Under the pieces are notes generated by a model. The model worked only from the letters and a program-made list of their open reading frames with translations. It was not told where the DNA came from and did no database searches. Below, in pieces: positions 16,100 to 18,570 of a stretch of 18,570 nucleotides of DNA. The stretch comes from Chthoniobacteraceae bacterium (GTDB lineage Bacteria; Verrucomicrobiota; Verrucomicrobiia; Chthoniobacterales; Chthoniobacteraceae), in contig JANNXQ010000219.1 in NCBI GenBank assembly GCA_031409655.1, positions 1 through 18,570 of the forward strand, in the 5' to 3' direction. The position numbers were made by a program, and so were the translations under genes. Numbering within the stretch: position 1 is the first letter of the stretch; each line of letters opens with the position of its first letter.

Positions 16100-17503
16100 G
16101 CCGTTCACGTTAATCGGCGCGGTGATCGTCTGACTGTCCGCGACGGCATCGACGCCCCCTGCTCCAGCGGTCGTGCCGGTGAAGACGACGGTGGCGGCGC
16201 CATTGACAAACTGAATCGTTCCGCCGGGGATCGTGCCTCTCTGAGCGTTGCCAAACACCGTGCCACTGGCCGGGAAGGCCGGCAGCCCGATCAGATTCCC
16301 GGAGGATGTGGCACCGCCGGTATTCAGTCCGAAAATGTTGGCTCCAACTGTAGTGGCCCCCCCCACATTTACCGTCGTCGGGCTGGCGCTGTTGCGGAGC
16401 AGCAGCCACTGCGTCGTTGATGCGCCAAAAAGAGATCTGGAATTAGCGGTTGTTACCGGCCCGGTGTTCACGCCCCACCAGTTATTATCCACATTAAAGG
16501 TGGCTATGGTGCCGCCAGCGGCTGTGATGACCCTTCCATCCCCGAAATTGGGAGTCAACGTCGTGTTTAAACTTGGCGATGTGTTTCCGATTAACCGGTT
16601 GAAATTAATATTGATGGTTTGTGCGTTAACTACCGCCACAGCTGCGCCACCGAATTGTGTGCCATTGGCTGTATTGTTTAAGAAAGCATTTCTTAAGATG
16701 TTGACGGTCACAGGGCCTGTTCCGCCTCCGGTAATGTTAATGGCTCCTCCCTGTGTGGCGGCCGTATTTCCGGAAAAAGTGCAACCTGTGATGTTGACAG
16801 TGCCAACGCCGTTATAGTTAACAGCCCCGGGACCCCCGGATGTCGCCGTATTGTTGGTGAACCTGCAATTCGTAATGATTAAATCATGTGCCACAAGTGA
16901 AGAACTTTGCGAAATGGCGCCACTGTTCGGGGCGGAATTACCGTCGAATACACTATTGGAAACACTGGTAACATCGCCTGCTCTTCCGGCTAATATGGCA
17001 CCGCCACTGGAAGCGATGAGGTTTCCTGCTTTCAACGTCACATCCGACAGGTTGAACGTGACGCTGCCCGCGAGATTCACCGGGTGGGCGTCAAAGATGC
17101 GATCAATGCCCGAGGTCTGCTGGATCGTGGTGCTGGCCGCGCCCGTGCCTTGCACGGTGAGCGTGTTGCGCCCCGACGCCGGTGCCAGAATGTCCAGATC
17201 GCCTATCGTCGAGTCCCCGGACGAGGCGGTTTCCCCGGTGCCCGGGATGGTCAGTTGGTAAGTGCCCGCACCGAGTGTGATCGAATTCGTGCCGCCTGCC
17301 GCATTTGCCGCGATGACGGCCGAACGCAGCGTGATCGCATTTCCCTGATTGGTAATCTGCCCGGACGAATTCACGACGGCCGTGCTGCTAATGGGAAGGT
17401 CCGTCGTCACCGTCGGAGTGAAATTGGCCGGATGTGCGCCCAATGTCGCAAGAATCAGGAACGAAGACGAAGCGATCCAGCGGAGGAGGAAATGGGATTT
17501 CAT
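14639..17503 (-). CDS. Large secreted surface protein: CSLREA-like N-terminus, beta-helix (GGAI/FxxN repeats), Ig/cadherin-like repeats, C-terminal RFYR domain
   Basis: Signal peptide MKSHFLLRWIASSSFLILATLGAHPA (ATG 17503; 17512 possible); ITLRSAVIAANA, GDLDI, DRIFD; repeated FxxNxA-GGAI; NNWWG; then the shared Ig-like stalk ending RFYRSIFP-TAG. Confidence 0.9.
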   Translation of the reverse strand: MKSHFLLRWIASSSFLILATLGAHPANFTPTVTTDLPISSTAVVNSSGQITNQGNAITLRSAVIAANAAGGTNSITLGAGTYQLTIPGTGETASSGDSTIGDLDILAPASGRNTLTVQGTGAASTTIQQTSGIDRIFDAHPVNLAGSVTFNLSDVTLKAGNLIASSGGAILAGRAGDVTSVSNSVFDGNSAPNSGAISQSSSLVAHDLIITNCRFTNNTATSGGPGAVNYNGVGTVNITGCTFSGNTAATQGGAINITGGGTGPVTVNILRNAFLNNTANGTQFGGAAVAVVNAQTININFNRLIGNTSPSLNTTLTPNFGDGRVITAAGGTIATFNVDNNWWGVNTGPVTTANSRSLFGASTTQWLLLRNSASPTTVNVGGATTVGANIFGLNTGGATSSGNLIGLPAFPASGTVFGNAQRGTIPGGTIQFVNGAATVVFTGTTAGAGGVDAVADSQTITAPINVNGPPTVSNVSKGANEDVAIAFAAADFTPGSYIDPEGAALTSVRVTSLPANGVLRISGNTFAVPQDIAIGSIGNLTYTSNANYNGADSFGWNGSDGVLFALANATVNLTVNAVNDKPTFTAANPPAVSEDAGAQTLVGWATFNAGAANESGQAVLAYAVSSVSNAALFSAGPSIATNGTLTYTPAANANGTSTFQVRVQDNSGAALGGIDTSDPQTFTITVNAVNDAPQIAGQNAVTTPEESARAIALADLIVTDVDNAGYPAGFTLTVANGTNYTRSGNTITPVLNFNGTLTVPVTVTDPAAGVSASFNLSVSVTPVNDAPVITGQTAISTAFNTARSIALSDLTVTDVDNTYPSGFTLSVQNGTNYSRVGNTITPAPNFFGTLSVPAQVNDGAANSNVFNLAVTVNPDPLAAQNGTSIAPEPGGGYRISFLGNPGQTYTIQFTSALVPSPISWQSLGTRTADANGRYSIVDIPPPGTLVRFYRSIFP

Positions 17504-17571
17504 GGCGTGCATGGGCGTTGGAAGTGGAGCGGGACGGTTTGAGAATAAAGTGGCGCGATGGTAAATTGAAG

Positions 17572-18096
17572 TCAGCACAGACCGCCGGAACCAGCGGAGT
17601 CGCGGTCCTTCGTGGTGTTGTCCATCTCCTGGAAGATGAGGATCTGATCGACCGCATTTGCATTGAGCGACAGCTTCGTCAAAAGCGGCAGGCTACTTGC
17701 CGAAAAGCGGTTCACTATGGTCAGAGTCGCCAGCGTCGGATCCGTCAGAACGACATTGGCTCCGCTCTGATTAAACTTGAGGACGGTGCCAAGGGGAATG
17801 CCGCGCAGTTTGATGACGTCGAGCTGGACCTGCTGAACACTGGTCGGAGTGTTGCCCTCCTGCATCAAATTGTTGGAGTTCGTGCTCCAGCCGGAGTCGG
17901 TGATGAAATAGCGCGCGCCCTGCGGGAGGTTCGCCAACGCGATGAGGGCGAACTCGCCATTGAGATCCGAGTTGTAGCAAACGACGACGAGGTCGCCCGT
18001 CGCGGCGCGGGCCGGGACGGCGCTCAGCGTGGCGAGGACAAAAAGCAAAGCTGCCGCGAGCCAGCGGCGGATGAAATGGAGTGTCGTGGGATTCAT
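17572..18096 (-). CDS. Secreted hypothetical protein, apparently only the N-terminal module of a surface protein (possibly truncated)
   Basis: Signal peptide MNPTTLHFIRRWLAAALLFVLATLSAVPARA; GDLVVVCYNSD...FALIALANLPQGARYFITDSGW...DQILIFQ resembles an N-terminal module of large extracellular proteins; the ORF ends 18 aa later. Confidence 0.65.
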   Translation of the reverse strand: MNPTTLHFIRRWLAAALLFVLATLSAVPARAATGDLVVVCYNSDLNGEFALIALANLPQGARYFITDSGWSTNSNNLMQEGNTPTSVQQVQLDVIKLRGIPLGTVLKFNQSGANVVLTDPTLATLTIVNRFSASSLPLLTKLSLNANAVDQILIFQEMDNTTKDRDSAGSGGLC

Positions 18097-18234
18097 GGTG
18101 TGCGTGGGTTGGTTGGCTGGGCGTTCGAGAAACACGGAGAAATCGCTGGGATGCATTCGATACGAATCGGATATCGAGCTGCAGGGATTGGCGAGTGGCT
18201 GTTGAATGTGAAAGCCGCAAAAATCTCCCCTCGG

Positions 18235-18570
18235 TCACCGCGGAGTGATCTCCACGTCGTCGATCACGTTGCGTTCATCAGCCCCGCCGGTGCGGCCGCC
18301 GAAGCCAAAGCGGTCGCCGTTTTGGAAGGTGAAGCCGGGGACGGCGACGTTGGTGAAGATCGTCGCGCCGTTGAATTTCACCGTCGCGCCGGTGGAGATG
18401 TCGAAGCTGACTTCGACGGGCACGGGCAGCGCGTTGGTGTAGGGATTGGTGGCGTTGTAGGAGAGCACGGTGCCATTCGCGATGAGGCGGATGCCGAGGG
18501 CTTCGGGGATGCCTGCGCCGTTTTCATAAGTGTCCAAAGCCACGGTGAGGATGTGCGCGGTGTTGGGTCC
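18235..18570 (-). CDS. 3' end of a protein with an L-type (ConA-like) lectin domain, 5' partial
   Basis: Frame is open to the window edge; LTVALDTYEN...RFGFGGRTGGADERNVIDDVEI matches the L-lectin pattern (xDTYxN ... FGFxxxTGG). Confidence 0.7.
   Translation of the reverse strand, partial: GPNTAHILTVALDTYENGAGIPEALGIRLIANGTVLSYNATNPYTNALPVPVEVSFDISTGATVKFNGATIFTNVAVPGFTFQNGDRFGFGGRTGGADERNVIDDVEITPR

Noticed and set aside
14741..16420. 559-aa plus-strand ORF (also 4220..5413, 6603..8237, 11393..12229, 12133..13011)
   Set aside because: Antisense shadows of well-supported genes, expected in high-GC DNA; no recognisable motifs.
17504..17640. Programmed frameshift fusing the 18096 ORF to the large downstream gene
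   Set aside because: The frames overlap, but no slippery heptamer is evident and the downstream gene has its own signal peptide.
1..18570. CRISPR array, tRNA/rRNA genes, IS transposase
   Set aside because: No regularly spaced direct repeats, cloverleaf/rRNA signatures or transposase ORFs were seen.

Overview
GC-rich bacterial DNA, probably Verrucomicrobia (Chthoniobacter/Spartobacteria-like). The lineage is inferred from a PEP-CTERM protein, the 'RFYR'-ending surface proteins and the REP-like palindromes. Two large convergent surface-protein genes (<2..2614 + and 14639..17503 -) share a ~1.46 kb paralogous 3' part (Ig/cadherin-like repeats plus a near-identical 78-aa C-terminal domain) but carry unrelated N-terminal heads (Zn-metalloprotease vs. 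beta-helix, the latter in markedly lower-GC DNA). Between them lie a metallophosphoesterase interrupted by an in-frame TAG, an AEC-family transporter, two small secreted proteins, an RG-rich conserved hypothetical, acpP, a Spy/CpxP-like protein and an ECF sigma/anti-sigma (SigK/RskA-like) pair. That pair is divergent from a PEP-CTERM + DUF4331 + TPR cluster, with twin back-to-back TGCATCCAA-N15-CGCAT promoter-like motifs between them. Several REP/REPIN-like palindromes are present, one read in frame inside the protease domain. The right end holds an apparently truncated secreted-protein ORF and the 3' end of an L-type lectin-like gene. All family assignments come from motif recognition by eye; no searches were run.
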